Part shown: positions 12,445 to 23,828 of the stretch, piece by piece
How the letters are laid out: each line of letters starts with the position of its first letter
How positions within the stretch are numbered: position 1 is the first letter of the stretch
Program-made: the position numbers and the translations under genes
Notes under the pieces: model-generated
Seen by the model: the letters and a program-made list of their open reading frames with translations, nothing else
What the model was told of the DNA's origin: nothing
Database searches by the model: none
Assembly: GCA_977018835.1 (NCBI GenBank)
Contig: OZ361258.1
Location: 3,844,001-3,908,000, forward strand
Length of the DNA stretch: 64,000 nt
Source of the DNA: Minutocellus sp. GHC0000111
Lineage: Eukaryota
Direction of reading: 5' to 3'

Positions 12445-13438
12445 GGTTCGATTGGTTGAGCAAATGTGAAAAGTGAGATGTTTGGATTTATGAGACCACA
12501 CTTTTTGCAACGACTCGAGCCGTTGAAGGATTTATTGGCACACAGAAGCCAGCTCCTGCACTTTGTCACATCAAGACTTTCGCCACCGTTGGTGCTCGTG
12601 AAATTCCGGCGAGAAAGTGGTGATTGCCTGGTGTCAGGCTCTCGTGTCACTTTGCACCAGTGTGCCAGCGTACGTACGTAAGAATTTCCGTAGGTACATA
12701 GCTACACGTACTGTGTACGTACGAAATGATGCGCCGACGTCATAAAGAAGCGAGACTGGCGTGCTTGGAGATGACTGGAAGTTTTGGCGGAGGCCGCGCA
12801 ATATCTTGTTTGCCACAGACGTCGCCGGATGCGAACTCATGTCCGCACTCTGGCATCGGCATCACATTTATCCTGTCGATCGGCAGTCGATGCGTCCATC
12901 GAAAACCGTCATGTCGGCAGCGGATACTCTTCGCGCTCCTCAGCGCGGCGGTGCCACTCACTTGGGCCCCGACAACTAGATCGAAATGGTCCCCGCGCTT
13001 CGCGGACGGTCTTGGCTTTCTTCGCCAGCCCGAATTTCACTTATCGAAGTGCCAATAAATAATGCACGGAAAACAAAGAAAGATACGCTTTCATGTGCTC
13101 AAACAGAGCGATTGGGTCGGATAGACTTGTTCAATTCCGCCGGGACTAATCAGCTTACGTACACTTCTAGCAATCCAGCGAAAGTATGTGAATATACCGC
13201 ACAAACACCTCGATATCGATACAAACGAAAGGAAGATCGTATCTTCTTTTTCAACTCATGCAACTACGATAATTACACCTCGTTCTTGAGGTCTTCGCCC
13301 TAGTGGCGACGGTCAGACTATGTCACATAAATCTGCCGGCGGATTTCAACTATGTCCTCTCTACATGTACGGTACCAGTAATGCACACCATTGAAGCTAT
13401 TTCGCCTAGATTTAGACATTTAGACAATTTCTAACCAG

Positions 13439-16400
13439 CTAGCTCTGATAGGACTCATAAAGCACTGGGTTGACCTCACGAAGGAACAAGAGAAGCTTTG
13501 AATTGACGGCTCCGTTGTCCCGAGCCGCATCGAACACAGTTCGGCTCAACTCATTTCGCTGATCTCTCTGCGACTCATGGGGTAGCAAATTTTCGCAGCA
13601 TTTCAAAAGATATGCATAGGTGTCGGATGTTGGGGCCAATCCTGCATCTACCATTCGGTTGTAGGCATCGAAAGCCACTCGAAGTGCCTCAGGTTTGTCT
13701 TCCTCCAACTGTGTGCAAGCGCAGGTACTGATGAGCGCCGTGAAGACAAATCGATTTGGTCGGACTGCCTCGTTGTAGATGTGATCAAGTAAGTAATTTC
13801 GGGAATCATCTGCGCCAAAGCTCTCAAATCCTGGATTGACCTGTGCCTCCATCTTTTCAAGAAGAAGCATGGCACGGCTCGCAGCACCCGGGTAGAATTT
13901 GGCTGCGCTTACGCCCCAACAAGCAATGGCATTTTGGTAACACAGTGCGTCAGGCCTGGGAACTTCGGCGTGGGATAGACCGCCCTTGTCCCCCTTCTTG
14001 GAAATGTTACTAATGACTGCCCGGACTTCCATCCTCGACAACAATTCTTCTGCGCGTTCACCGGCATCCTGGGCCCCGCTCTTGGCCCAAAGTCGCAAGA
14101 CATAGTTGAACGAGAATTTACTGGGCTGGCTGGACTCATATCGGGCCATATCACCAAGGAGTTTTGTCCCATAGCGAGCCCACTCGTGAGATTCTTGGGG
14201 CTTTGGCGAGGACGGCGTTGTACCTCCGATAGCATTAGAGTGTCCGTTACTGGTAGAGTCTTCTCCCGAATGCACCATACTTCTCAGAATGGCATTGTAT
14301 GAATCTCGATTTGGAAGCGACTTGAAGTCATCCTCGGACCACTCTCTCCCAACGCTATTGCGTCTTCTGTTACCGCTGACCTGGTCAGATGATTCCAATT
14401 CAGAACGGCTTTGTTCCATTGAACTGAGCAATCGCCTTGCCCTCATCAAATACCGCTTGTTTCCTCCCTCTTCGGCATAAACACCCAATAATAAGTGCTT
14501 GGTATACAGATCAGGTTCAACGCGGAAGGGAATTTCCTCTGTCTCGTTCTTTTTCAATGGTTTGTCTCCGACCATCTTCAGGAAATTATTCTTGCCTACC
14601 ATCAGCTTCGCAATTTCGTCGACACGATCGCACAGATTTGGGATGACACCGTGGCTACCCTTGGCGAGAGAATCAAGAAGCAAGTTGTAGGTGACGACGT
14701 TCGGATAAATGCCAGCCTCGATCATCTCGTCCAAAAGCTTCTCGGCCTTGTTGGCCGCGCCACGTACGTCTCTCTTCTTCGGCGAGGTCATGACACCTCG
14801 ATATGCTTCAAAGACTAAATGATAGGCATGGAGGAGTTTCGGTCTCCTGCCGGCCTCTTCGTCAAATCCATTTCCATTCCGATCCAAGGCCTCCAAGTCT
14901 TTGAGCATGCGGTGGGCCTTGGTGGCGGCATTCAACAGACCCGCTTGCGAAAACACCTTCATTGCAATGAGGTAAAGCTCCGCATTGGGCTGAACGTATG
15001 GGTTCCCTTCATTGGAACGCCTGGCCATCTCCCGAATGAGATCACCAAGGCATATGCCCATATCGAGCTGGGCTATTTTCCGTGCCCAAACATTCCCTGG
15101 GTGGAGGGCCTGCCCTGTACTTCCAGAACCGACGGCATCGTCCTTTTCACCGTCATCTTCTCCTAGGGCAGCTCCATCTTCATTCGACGCGGCTCTCTGC
15201 CAGTGGATCGTTGACTTCATCAATTGGCGGTACAAATGCCTCTCGGCCGAGTATTCGGGGCTGTTGTGCGCACTCACACCCTCGATCGCGGCACTGTTGC
15301 TGGAACCAACGTCATCAAAGGCTGTGCTGGGCTTCTCGTCCTCCGCATCGCCCCCTCCGAAGCCAAACATCCGCCCGATGGAGCCAAAGAACGTTCCCGA
15401 CCCACCCATGGGACCGCGCGACTGCTGTTCGGCCTGCTCCCGGTTCTGTCTTTCCAGTGCACCACTTACGGCCTCCTCCCTTGCCTTGCGCAGATCCTCC
15501 AACCGCGAGAGGAACCTTTCGGCCCGCTCGGCAGGACTGGTGGGTTGCTCCCCGGGTCGGAACGAGTTGCGCACCAGTACGCGACTGCCATTGCTATCGT
15601 TGTCGTCGTCGCTATCATTGTCGTCAAAATCGGTTCGGATCGACCGATCAGCCAGCTGATACCCATATGAGTACGACCGCACCGCCGACCATCCCGACAC
15701 CAGCCTCCGCAGCAGCGTCGCCGCCTCTCGGTACGCCGCCTCCGTCGATTGGAGGGCGGCAACGGTTGGGGCCGGTGCGAGCGATTCCTCTGCGGAGCCG
15801 TTGTCTTGGTTGGTTGGAACGCCGGCAGTGTTGGAATCCACGACACTGCCGTCGGCCCTCCTTCGCCTCTCGGCGTCCTCCCGCCGCTTCCGTTGGATGG
15901 CATCCAGATCGGCAAAGCTGCTGCCAGCCGTGCCAGCGTCGCCACTTCCACTCAATAACTCCGCCTCGTAGCGATCCAACACGGCCGTCAGATCGTCCTC
16001 CATCCGCAGCAGCTCGTCGACGTCCCTCATGCCGCTGTTGTACCTCCTGGAGGCTCGGTTGCTGTTGGTGCGTCCAGAGCTCCCTCCCCTCCCTCCTCGG
16101 GAGGATGCCCTCGGCCGTCCGCCCTGTCTCCGATTGCCGCCGCCCCTGCCGCTGCCGCCACCGCTGCCTTGCTTGCTGTAGGCATGGAAGCTGTACCCGC
16201 CTCCGCTGCTGCTGACGCCACCCGAGCCTCCTCCGCCGCTGCCCCTCCTTTTGGCAGAGCTGCCACCTCTCCCACCGCCTCTGCCGCGACCTCCCCCTCG
16301 ACCGCCGCCGCCCCTCCTGCCCCGGCTGGTCCTTCTATTGCCTCGGTACTGTGCGTCGTCGTCGTCGTCCTCGTCCTCGTCGCTGTCGTACGGTCGGTAC

Positions 16401-16678
16401 GCCGGGGGGACGTTCACGGGCGGTTTGCGCAGCCACCGGACCTGCTGATCGAGTTTCATACTATCAGGGCTGTGCAGTTCATGTGCCGACAGTATAGATG
16501 CAGATGCCGAGCATGCCGTGCTGTTGTTGAGTGGTCGTGGTCGACCTACAGTATGTACATGTATGTGGGCATTCTGCAGGCATGGATTGCTGCTGCCGGC
16601 GCTGGCTCTGGAAGAAGCCGCCGCGGCCACGGAAGAGGCGGCGCGCTGCTGCCCGCGGTGGGTGGCCCGAAGGAACAT
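13439..16678 (-). CDS. Pentatricopeptide-repeat (PPR) protein, probably mitochondrial, with Gly/Arg-rich N-terminal region
   Basis: Repeats 'PNVVTYNLLLDSLAK', 'PNRDSYNAILR', 'PSKFSFNYVLRLWAKSG...AEELL..ME', 'PNRFVFTALISTCA', 'PTSDTYAYLLK'. Arg/Ser/Ala-rich presequence 'MFLRATHR'. Confidence 0.88.
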   Translation of the reverse strand: MFLRATHRGQQRAASSVAAAASSRASAGSSNPCLQNAHIHVHTVGRPRPLNNSTACSASASILSAHELHSPDSMKLDQQVRWLRKPPVNVPPAYRPYDSDEDEDDDDDAQYRGNRRTSRGRRGGGGRGGGRGRGGGRGGSSAKRRGSGGGGSGGVSSSGGGYSFHAYSKQGSGGGSGRGGGNRRQGGRPRASSRGGRGGSSGRTNSNRASRRYNSGMRDVDELLRMEDDLTAVLDRYEAELLSGSGDAGTAGSSFADLDAIQRKRREDAERRRRADGSVVDSNTAGVPTNQDNGSAEESLAPAPTVAALQSTEAAYREAATLLRRLVSGWSAVRSYSYGYQLADRSIRTDFDDNDSDDDNDSNGSRVLVRNSFRPGEQPTSPAERAERFLSRLEDLRKAREEAVSGALERQNREQAEQQSRGPMGGSGTFFGSIGRMFGFGGGDAEDEKPSTAFDDVGSSNSAAIEGVSAHNSPEYSAERHLYRQLMKSTIHWQRAASNEDGAALGEDDGEKDDAVGSGSTGQALHPGNVWARKIAQLDMGICLGDLIREMARRSNEGNPYVQPNAELYLIAMKVFSQAGLLNAATKAHRMLKDLEALDRNGNGFDEEAGRRPKLLHAYHLVFEAYRGVMTSPKKRDVRGAANKAEKLLDEMIEAGIYPNVVTYNLLLDSLAKGSHGVIPNLCDRVDEIAKLMVGKNNFLKMVGDKPLKKNETEEIPFRVEPDLYTKHLLLGVYAEEGGNKRYLMRARRLLSSMEQSRSELESSDQVSGNRRRNSVGREWSEDDFKSLPNRDSYNAILRSMVHSGEDSTSNGHSNAIGGTTPSSPKPQESHEWARYGTKLLGDMARYESSQPSKFSFNYVLRLWAKSGAQDAGERAEELLSRMEVRAVISNISKKGDKGGLSHAEVPRPDALCYQNAIACWGVSAAKFYPGAASRAMLLLEKMEAQVNPGFESFGADDSRNYLLDHIYNEAVRPNRFVFTALISTCACTQLEEDKPEALRVAFDAYNRMVDAGLAPTSDTYAYLLKCCENLLPHESQRDQRNELSRTVFDAARDNGAVNSKLLLFLREVNPVLYESYQS

Positions 16679-17312
16679 ATTTGCAATGGAGGTTCGCTTA
16701 TGGTGCAATCAATTCATGCAAAGCAATCATCTTGGCCGGCAGCCATGTGACTTTGAGATCGCATCGAGAAGCTGCATCGAAAGCTGCAGATCTATCATTT
16801 CGTCGAGACGAGATCAAGGGCTGAGATTTGGTCCGTCCGTCGCTCGCTCCGAAATCCGAAAAAAAACTCAAAAACTCCTCTCTGCCAAAAAAAGACGAAG
16901 ATTCACGCCACTTGGGGCGGTGAATCTCCAAAGTGCACAAGCAACCCGCCACCGCCATTGCTGCGCTGGGGTGCCAACGACTGGCAGCGCAGGCAGCTGC
17001 AGCGAGTTGGAGCAGCCACTCATTATTCATCGTTGTCATTGGTCTTGGCTGCGTAGGTTTCCTCGGGAGGAAACTGCGAACTTGCCGGCAGCAAAAACGA
17101 GCACATAATACAACCTCGCCTCATTCATCTTGCGAGAACGAAGGCACCTCTCTTGGATAGAGATACAGAAGCAACGGCACAGGAGGCAAGAAGGATACTT
17201 CATCATCCTTTCTTCTCTACTTCTTTCGAAGCGAATCTTTTGCCGACTTTCTTGAAAAAAAAAAAGCCGACTGATCCATTCATCCATCCCCATCTTGGTG
17301 CGACGAAACGAA

Positions 17313-19186
17313 ATGAGCGACTCACCCGCCGCGATACCGCACATTGGGTCCAACCTCGGCCAGTCGGTGGTGCCCGACCTCATGAAGGTGTACGAGAGTC
17401 TGACGCAGAGCTCCACTCCGCATGCACCTGGTGGTGCTGGTGGTGGCGTTAGTACTGGTACTGCTGGTACTACTGCCGACAGCACTGACCATCACGCCAA
17501 CACCGGCCGTCCAGGCAAACAACTGCCCATGTCCACGTCGTACGAGCAGCAGCAGTATGCCGCCTACGAACCACCGGTGCCCGATCTGGCCCAGGCACCA
17601 CCTCAACCGCCGTCTCTGGCCGCTGCTGCAACAACTGCATCTCCATCTGCTTCCAGTAAAGAGAAGCCCTCCTCCTCAACTGCAGGCAGAGGGGTGCGCT
17701 CGTCCACCCGCAAGCGCGGTCGAGATTCGCAGCAGAGCCAAGGCCAGGCCACCTCAGCCTCATCGTCAGGAGGTCGAGGTGGTGGCAGCCGGTCGCGCAA
17801 GAAGACCACCAAGGCCGACGGGCGGTGGTCCAAGCGCTTCCAGTGGCACGACGAGCTGCATCGCGAGTTCGTCTCGGCCGTCTTCGACGTGGGTCTCAAG
17901 CATGCCTCCCCCTCGGCCCTTATGGAATTCATGGACGTCACCTCCAACACCGGCAACAACAACCACGGTGCCTCCATCACGTCCGAACGGGTCAAGTCCC
18001 ACCTACAAAAGTACCGGTTGCATCGCGCCAGAAGCAAGAAGGAGTTTCTGGCCACCTACGATGCCGCCATGGCCAAGATGCGCAAGAGGGGAAGCAGCGC
18101 TAGCGGAAGCGATGGAGCCATGGGCTCCCAGGGATATCTCGTCGATCGGGACGAGATCGCGGCCCTGGCCAGCGGGGAGGTCGCCGCCCACCTCACGTGC
18201 GTGGCGAGCGCCACCGACGATGCCGCCACGAGCACGAGCGCGGCTCCCCCCGGTAACAAGCAGCTTGCTGCCAGTATGGCGGAAGCCACCTCCTCCTCGT
18301 CATCCTCATCCTCGTCCGCCAACGTTCTGCACCTGCCCCAGCTCACCGAGGAGGAGAAGCGATCGCCGATCGGCGCCTCCATGGGCTACCTCATGGGACT
18401 GTTCTTCGCCCTGCAGCAGCAGCTCTCCCACCAGCGGGCCGCCAAGCAGGCTCGGCAGGAGTTTCAGCAGCAGCAACAGGATCAATCTGCGGCTGCTGCT
18501 CCCCATTCTCCCCTGGAGGCCCCGGCGACCAACCCTGCCGGTCCGGAATATGGGTCCTACGTCGCCCCACCACCACAACTGCCATCACAACTGCCCCCTC
18601 CCATTCTCCCCACCTGGAAACTCCGCAGCAGCAGCAGCAGCATAGATACCATCATCAGCATCATCACCACCATCATCACCAACCCTTTGGCTCCCACCAC
18701 GACGGCCAGCAGGCCATCGAGACCAGCACCTCGGCCATCCTCGAGGAGAACAACATTATGAAGCGCGACATGCGGGCCCAGATGAGGTTCCAGAACCAGA
18801 TGAGGGCCTTCAAGGACAAGGAGGTGGCCAAGGTCCAGCAGCAGCCGCCGGTGCATCCTCGCCAGCATCATCACCATGGCCACACTACTAGTAGTAGCCA
18901 CCACCAACACCAAGATCAGCACGATGCCTTCGCCGAGGCCGTCAAGGAGCAGGACATTGCCTTCGCGGCCGCAGCCGCAGCCGCAGCTGCCGCCGGCGAA
19001 GCCTCCAGTGGGGAGGCGGGCCACCAAGAGGATCCCACCGCCACCGCAGCTGCCATTGCCGCCACGGCCGCGTCAGCGTCGGGAACGGCTCGCGCTCGGG
19101 CTGCCTCCATCGGTCTGTCGGATGCCGACTTTTGGGACTCGTCCCTCGACGACAACGAGCTGTTCGATTTCCTCACTGGCATGTAA
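17313..19186 (+). CDS. GARP/G2-like Myb (SHAQKYF-class) transcription factor with C-terminal coiled coil; frame break near 18560-18625
   Basis: 'KRFQWHDELHREFVSAVFDVG...ITSERVKSHLQKYR'. A second frame carries Gln/His-rich sequence and 'EENNIMKRDMRAQMRFQNQMRAFK'. Confidence 0.8.
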
Positions 19187-19432
19187 TATAATTCACTTAT
19201 GCTCCATACCAGTGAACGTTATTCATGGGGACATGGCGAATAAACATGAATTAGATTATATAAATCTTTGACTTACAAAACATGTATGAAGCCATTTTCG
19301 AGTACCACAAATCCTATTCCTTCTGGATTTTTGCTGGCGTATTCTTTTTCTAGTGTTGCTTCATGCACAAAACTCTCGACAAATAGACAGTGTAACATTC
19401 TGAATCATCACTGCAAGTGATCCAAGCGACGC

Positions 19433-21811
19433 TTACACGGTAGCGACGGCGCTTGCAGCGGCGGCAGCAGCCTCGGCGATCGCGTCGGGATCTTCCTGGT
19501 ATCCTTCAACATCTTCTCCGCCGATACCAGGCTTCCTCCCGTTGCCAACGTGCCACTGGAAGCCGATCTCCTCGAGCTTCCGCCGCCGTTCTTCACTGAG
19601 GTGGGACTTCTTCCCCTGCTGCCACTTCTTGTGGTAAACCCTCTGAGTCTGGACCCATTGGCCAAGGCTGGGGTTGGGACCGTACGACTTGGGGACGTTG
19701 GTGTGGCCGTTTTCGTTCCTGTAGTCGATGAGCTGCTGGAGGCGGACGTCCCAGTCCACCAGCACGGCACCCGGTGCCCACTCGAATCCGATGGCGTCGA
19801 GGGCAGCGATGCGCTCCTCGGTAATCTGCGACTTTTTGCCTGCCTGGAACTTCTTGTACTCGGAGCGCTGCTTGGACACCCACTTGCCGAGCGTAACAAT
19901 GGACGGGTCGGTGCCCTTCTGGCCCTTGCTCTTCCACGCCACGTTGCACGTGTTGTGAATGGCCTTGTAGGCCTTGAGCTCCTCGAGGCGGGTGTTCCAT
20001 GCTGTCTCGTTGCGGGCGAATCCGGACGCCGCCTTGCCCACGTGAGGCGGAGCCTCGGCGGCATCCTCCCTGGCAAACTCGACGATGTAATCACTCACGT
20101 CGATCTGGGCGGCGACGGCGGCATCGTCGGGGGTTGTCGTCCACTGGAAGCCGACGCCCTCGAGGACGCTGATGCGATCGCCGGAAAGGCCCAGAACGTC
20201 CTCCCCGGCCTGCTTGCGCGCGTACAAATCGCGGACGTACCGGACCCAGGCGGCCAGGCGTCTATTGAGCTCGAAGTTGGCGGGGACGTTGCAGCTGCCG
20301 TGGGTCGACTTGTACCGGTACAGCTCGTCGAGCATGCTGTTCCAGTTGGAGCTGGGATTGTCGTCCTTGACGGAGAAGATGAAGCCAATGTCGGCCAGCT
20401 CCTGCCGGCGTTCCTCGGTGAGGAGGGAGGACGGGTCGCCCTTCTTCATCTTCTTGTACTGGAGGCGCTGGAAGGACACCCAGTTGGCGAGACGCTTCCA
20501 CTCGGAGTTCTTGTCGTTCTTGTGCTTGAGGGGAACGAGGCAGTCTGCGAATAGTTTTATATATTATTTAAAAGAAAAAAATGGAGGAAGGTCAATTAAT
20601 TCAATTGAGTTCGGATAAGAGATGAGGAGAAAGGGGGAATATTATTGATATCGCGGCACATACATACATGGCAAAGATTGTGAAGATACATTTGTACGAG
20701 GTCGACTCTTGCACGCATCGCATCACGGTTCCTGATTCGATATTATATGCAACAAAATAATAGAACGAACTAGTAACCAACTCAACTCACCTCCGTGCAT
20801 CGCCTTGTACCTCTTGAGGTCCTCGATCCGCTCCTCCCAGCTGGTGGGGCCGTACCGGTACCAGGAGAAGCCCATGGCGGTGAGCTGGGCCTCCCGCTCG
20901 TCGGTCAGCGCCGTCTTCTTGCCCTTGAGGTGCTTGAGGCGGTACAGCTTGCGCTGCTCGTCGACCCACGTGGCCATGGACTGCGGCACGTCCCGGCGGA
21001 TGGGAACGTCGCAGTGGCCGTTGGCCTGGCGGAAGGCCTCGAGGTCGGTGATGCGCTCCTCCCACGTCTTCTTGGTCCAGAGCCTCCAGGGGAAACCGAT
21101 GGATTCGAGCGCCTCGCGACGTTCGGGGGTGAGGGTCGAGGACATGCCCTTGTCCTGCTTGGCCTTTTGGGTGCGCTGATCGCGGGCCCACTGCGACAGC
21201 GGGTCGCGCTTGGGCAGGTGGAAATGTCCCGTCTCCTCCTTGAAGGCCTTGAGCCGTTCGAAGTGATTGAACCAGGTTTCGGACCGCTTGGACGACCCCG
21301 CCTGGGAGGGGGCGTACTGGAGCAGATCGGCCTGGGAGTGCGGGTCGATCTCCATCCCGGTGCCCAGGCCGACGATCTGGTCGATGCGGGAGCGCTTCAT
21401 GGGCTGGCTCTGGTCGGCGATGAAGGCAGCCGCCGCTGCCTCTCCGGCGGCCGTGGCTGCTGCCGCCTCCGCGACTGCTTCGGCGGCCGCCTGGGCCGCT
21501 ACTGCCTGGGCCGCCGCCTGGGCGTGGGCGTGCTCGATCCCCGCCATCATCTCCCCCGCAGCCACGTCGTTCGCCACCGCGGCGGCGATGGCGTCCATGT
21601 CGGCCGCCTCGACGTCCGTGGGGTGGGAGGCGGCCGCGGCGGCAGCGGTCGTTGCGGCAGAAGCAGAGCCGGCATGTGTCGTGCCCGTGCCGGCTCCTCC
21701 CAGGGGAGGCATCTCCGCGCCGTCCGCGGCGGTAGCACCGGCGGCCATGGCCTCCCGGGCGGCCTCCTGGATCTCCTCCTGGCGGGACCGCTTGCCGGTT
21801 TGCTTGGGCAT
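19433..21811 (-). CDS. Helicase-associated (HA) domain protein with six tandem HA repeats; exons 21811-20791 and 20544-19433
   Basis: Six units of 'W...(L/F)..L..Y/F....G/H...VP.....L..WV..QR......L..ER...L..IGF.W'. Intron 20790(GTGAGT)..20545(CAG) joins 'HG|DCLVP'. Confidence 0.9.
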
Positions 21812-22351
21812 GGCTGCTTGTTCCAAGTCAGGGGTTTTGTCGTTGGGGTATCTTGCTGCTTTGGCGTCGGCCGAAGGGTATCCTTGGGTTGGATACGGTT
21901 TTGTTCCGTTTGAATTGGCTTGATTGCGCTCGCTCGCTTGGTGAGCTCCTCTTGGTGATGGAAATGGAGAGAGTTCGGCTTTTTGACGGTTTTTTCTCTC
22001 GGCCTCCTCCTGTGGTCAATTTCGGGCTCGAGATTTTTAGCTCTGATGACGGACAGACGCATTCATTCGGAGATGGAATATAGCTACGTAGAGGGATTTC
22101 AGCTCATTTCCCGGGAATGGCTGAACAATAGGGGGGAATAGCATCTCTGCCAATCTGCCGTGTGTGCTTCTCAAGCAAAAGATGGCATACGTTTTCGTGA
22201 AAGAATGGAAACCTCCAACATGGTGGAGGGACAGTACAACCGGGCGCGAGTAATATGTTAATACTTTCTGCGATAGCTAGCTCTCCAGATAGATCTAGCC
22301 CAAATATAATCCACATCGAAACACTTCATCATCCCCAATCAATCAACAATC

Positions 22352-23451
22352 TCAAATGCGATCCGGACAGCCGGTAATCTTCACCCTACCATCTTCCACA
22401 GCTTCCTTGACCAGATCGTTGTACTTCTTTCCGTATGGGGGTGACTGATTGAGAACGGGGCAGCAATGGCAAAGGAAAAGGAACAAAAAAATCAGCAAGA
22501 AAAGCCAATGAGGAGAATAACATTCAAAGAATACTGGCTCGCAAACCTACCTGGAAATCGTTGTGGAACTGATGGTATACCTCGGCCTGATAAAAGGGGT
22601 ACTTGGAAGTATCGTAAACATACACCAGCTTCTTGCCGAGCGTGTCCGGATCGTTGCCCTTACCCTCCTCCAAGGTCATACCCTTGGCCTTTGCGGCAGC
22701 CTCAACCTCGGCGTAATGCGGATTCTTCACACCTCCTGGCAGACCAATGAGAGAACGATATTCTCCTCCTCGATCCATGGGATCCACCCGTTCCCCCTTT
22801 GGTGTGAACAGATCAAAGTACTCCTTGGCGAAATCACCAATGGACGAATCAGGAATCTTCATGCCAACGACCTCGCCGTGTCCAAGCTTTCCATAATCCG
22901 CAATCGACTGAAAGTTGTGATAGCAAACCCGTCCCTCCTTGTCTGTGCTCTTTCCGCCGGCATATCCGGTAAGAGACGTCAGTTCCTTATCACCACGGCC
23001 CAACAATTTCCGTTCGGCCTCCACAAATTCGTGCTGTGGCATGTTTTGCGTGTTGAGGATTGATAATATGAGAGCGAAGAACATGACAAGTGATAACATA
23101 CCAGAGAAAACAGCTAAGTAGCTCAGCATAAATCAACCGAAAACAATGTCATCAAAAACACACCTGAATATGCCAGAAGCAACCAACTCCGAAATACACA
23201 TCCGTCAGATCACCGCCATCGGCGCTGGCGGGCTGAGGGGACGCAATAAGTGACGCAACCGGCATACCGAAGGCCAACGAAGCGGCAGTGGCGGCTGAGG
23301 TCAGAAAGCCTCGACGACCAGAAGTAGACGCCTCAGTCGACGCCATCTTTGTGGCGGCGATACCAGAGGGCGACGACTTGGCATTGTATGCCGCCACTGG
23401 TGCCGCGCAGGCGGCAAGGAGGGAGAGGAGAGCGGGTATCTTCTTCGTCAT
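22352..23451 (-). CDS. msrA: Peptide methionine sulfoxide reductase A-like protein; exons 23451-23164, 23033-22551, 22444-22352
   Basis: 'YFGVGCFWH', 'TGYAGG', 'HGEVV', 'FYQAEVYHQ' and C-terminal 'GCPDRI*'. Both introns are GT-AG and keep frame. Confidence 0.8.
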
Positions 23452-23828
23452 CGTCTTGCAATGAGCTGCTTGGACGCTGACGTTCGATTTCAGCACAGCT
23501 ATTTGTCCGGGTTTATAATATTTTTCGGCGGTAAAACGGATTTTTCCAAAAGCCTACGACAATGTCCACTCTGCCGAGAAAGCATGGAATGACCGATCCA
23601 CAGATTGGCGGCAATGGACAATCTGCTTTTTGACAAAAAAGGATCTTGCACACAAGGCGCAAAAGCGAACCGACTTGCTCTACTGGATGACCCATCGAGA
23701 GGAAGTGACCCCGACTCAACCAATTTTACTTTGACAACTCAACTCGTGGGCGAGTAGCAAAGTAGACCTCACAATTCTTTGGCGCCTGGACATCGAGAAA
23801 GTAGATTCGTTCTTTCCTCACCGACACC

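Noticed and set aside
12761..13303. Two in-frame ORFs separated by a TAG at 12977-12979
   Set aside because: No recognisable domain or splice structure, so it cannot be distinguished from chance.
19550..21913. Long opposite-strand ORFs (e.g. 19550-20554, 20795-21913; also 15082-16215, 56733-57695, 60202-61428)
   Set aside because: Antisense shadows of GC3-rich real genes, with no recognisable motifs.
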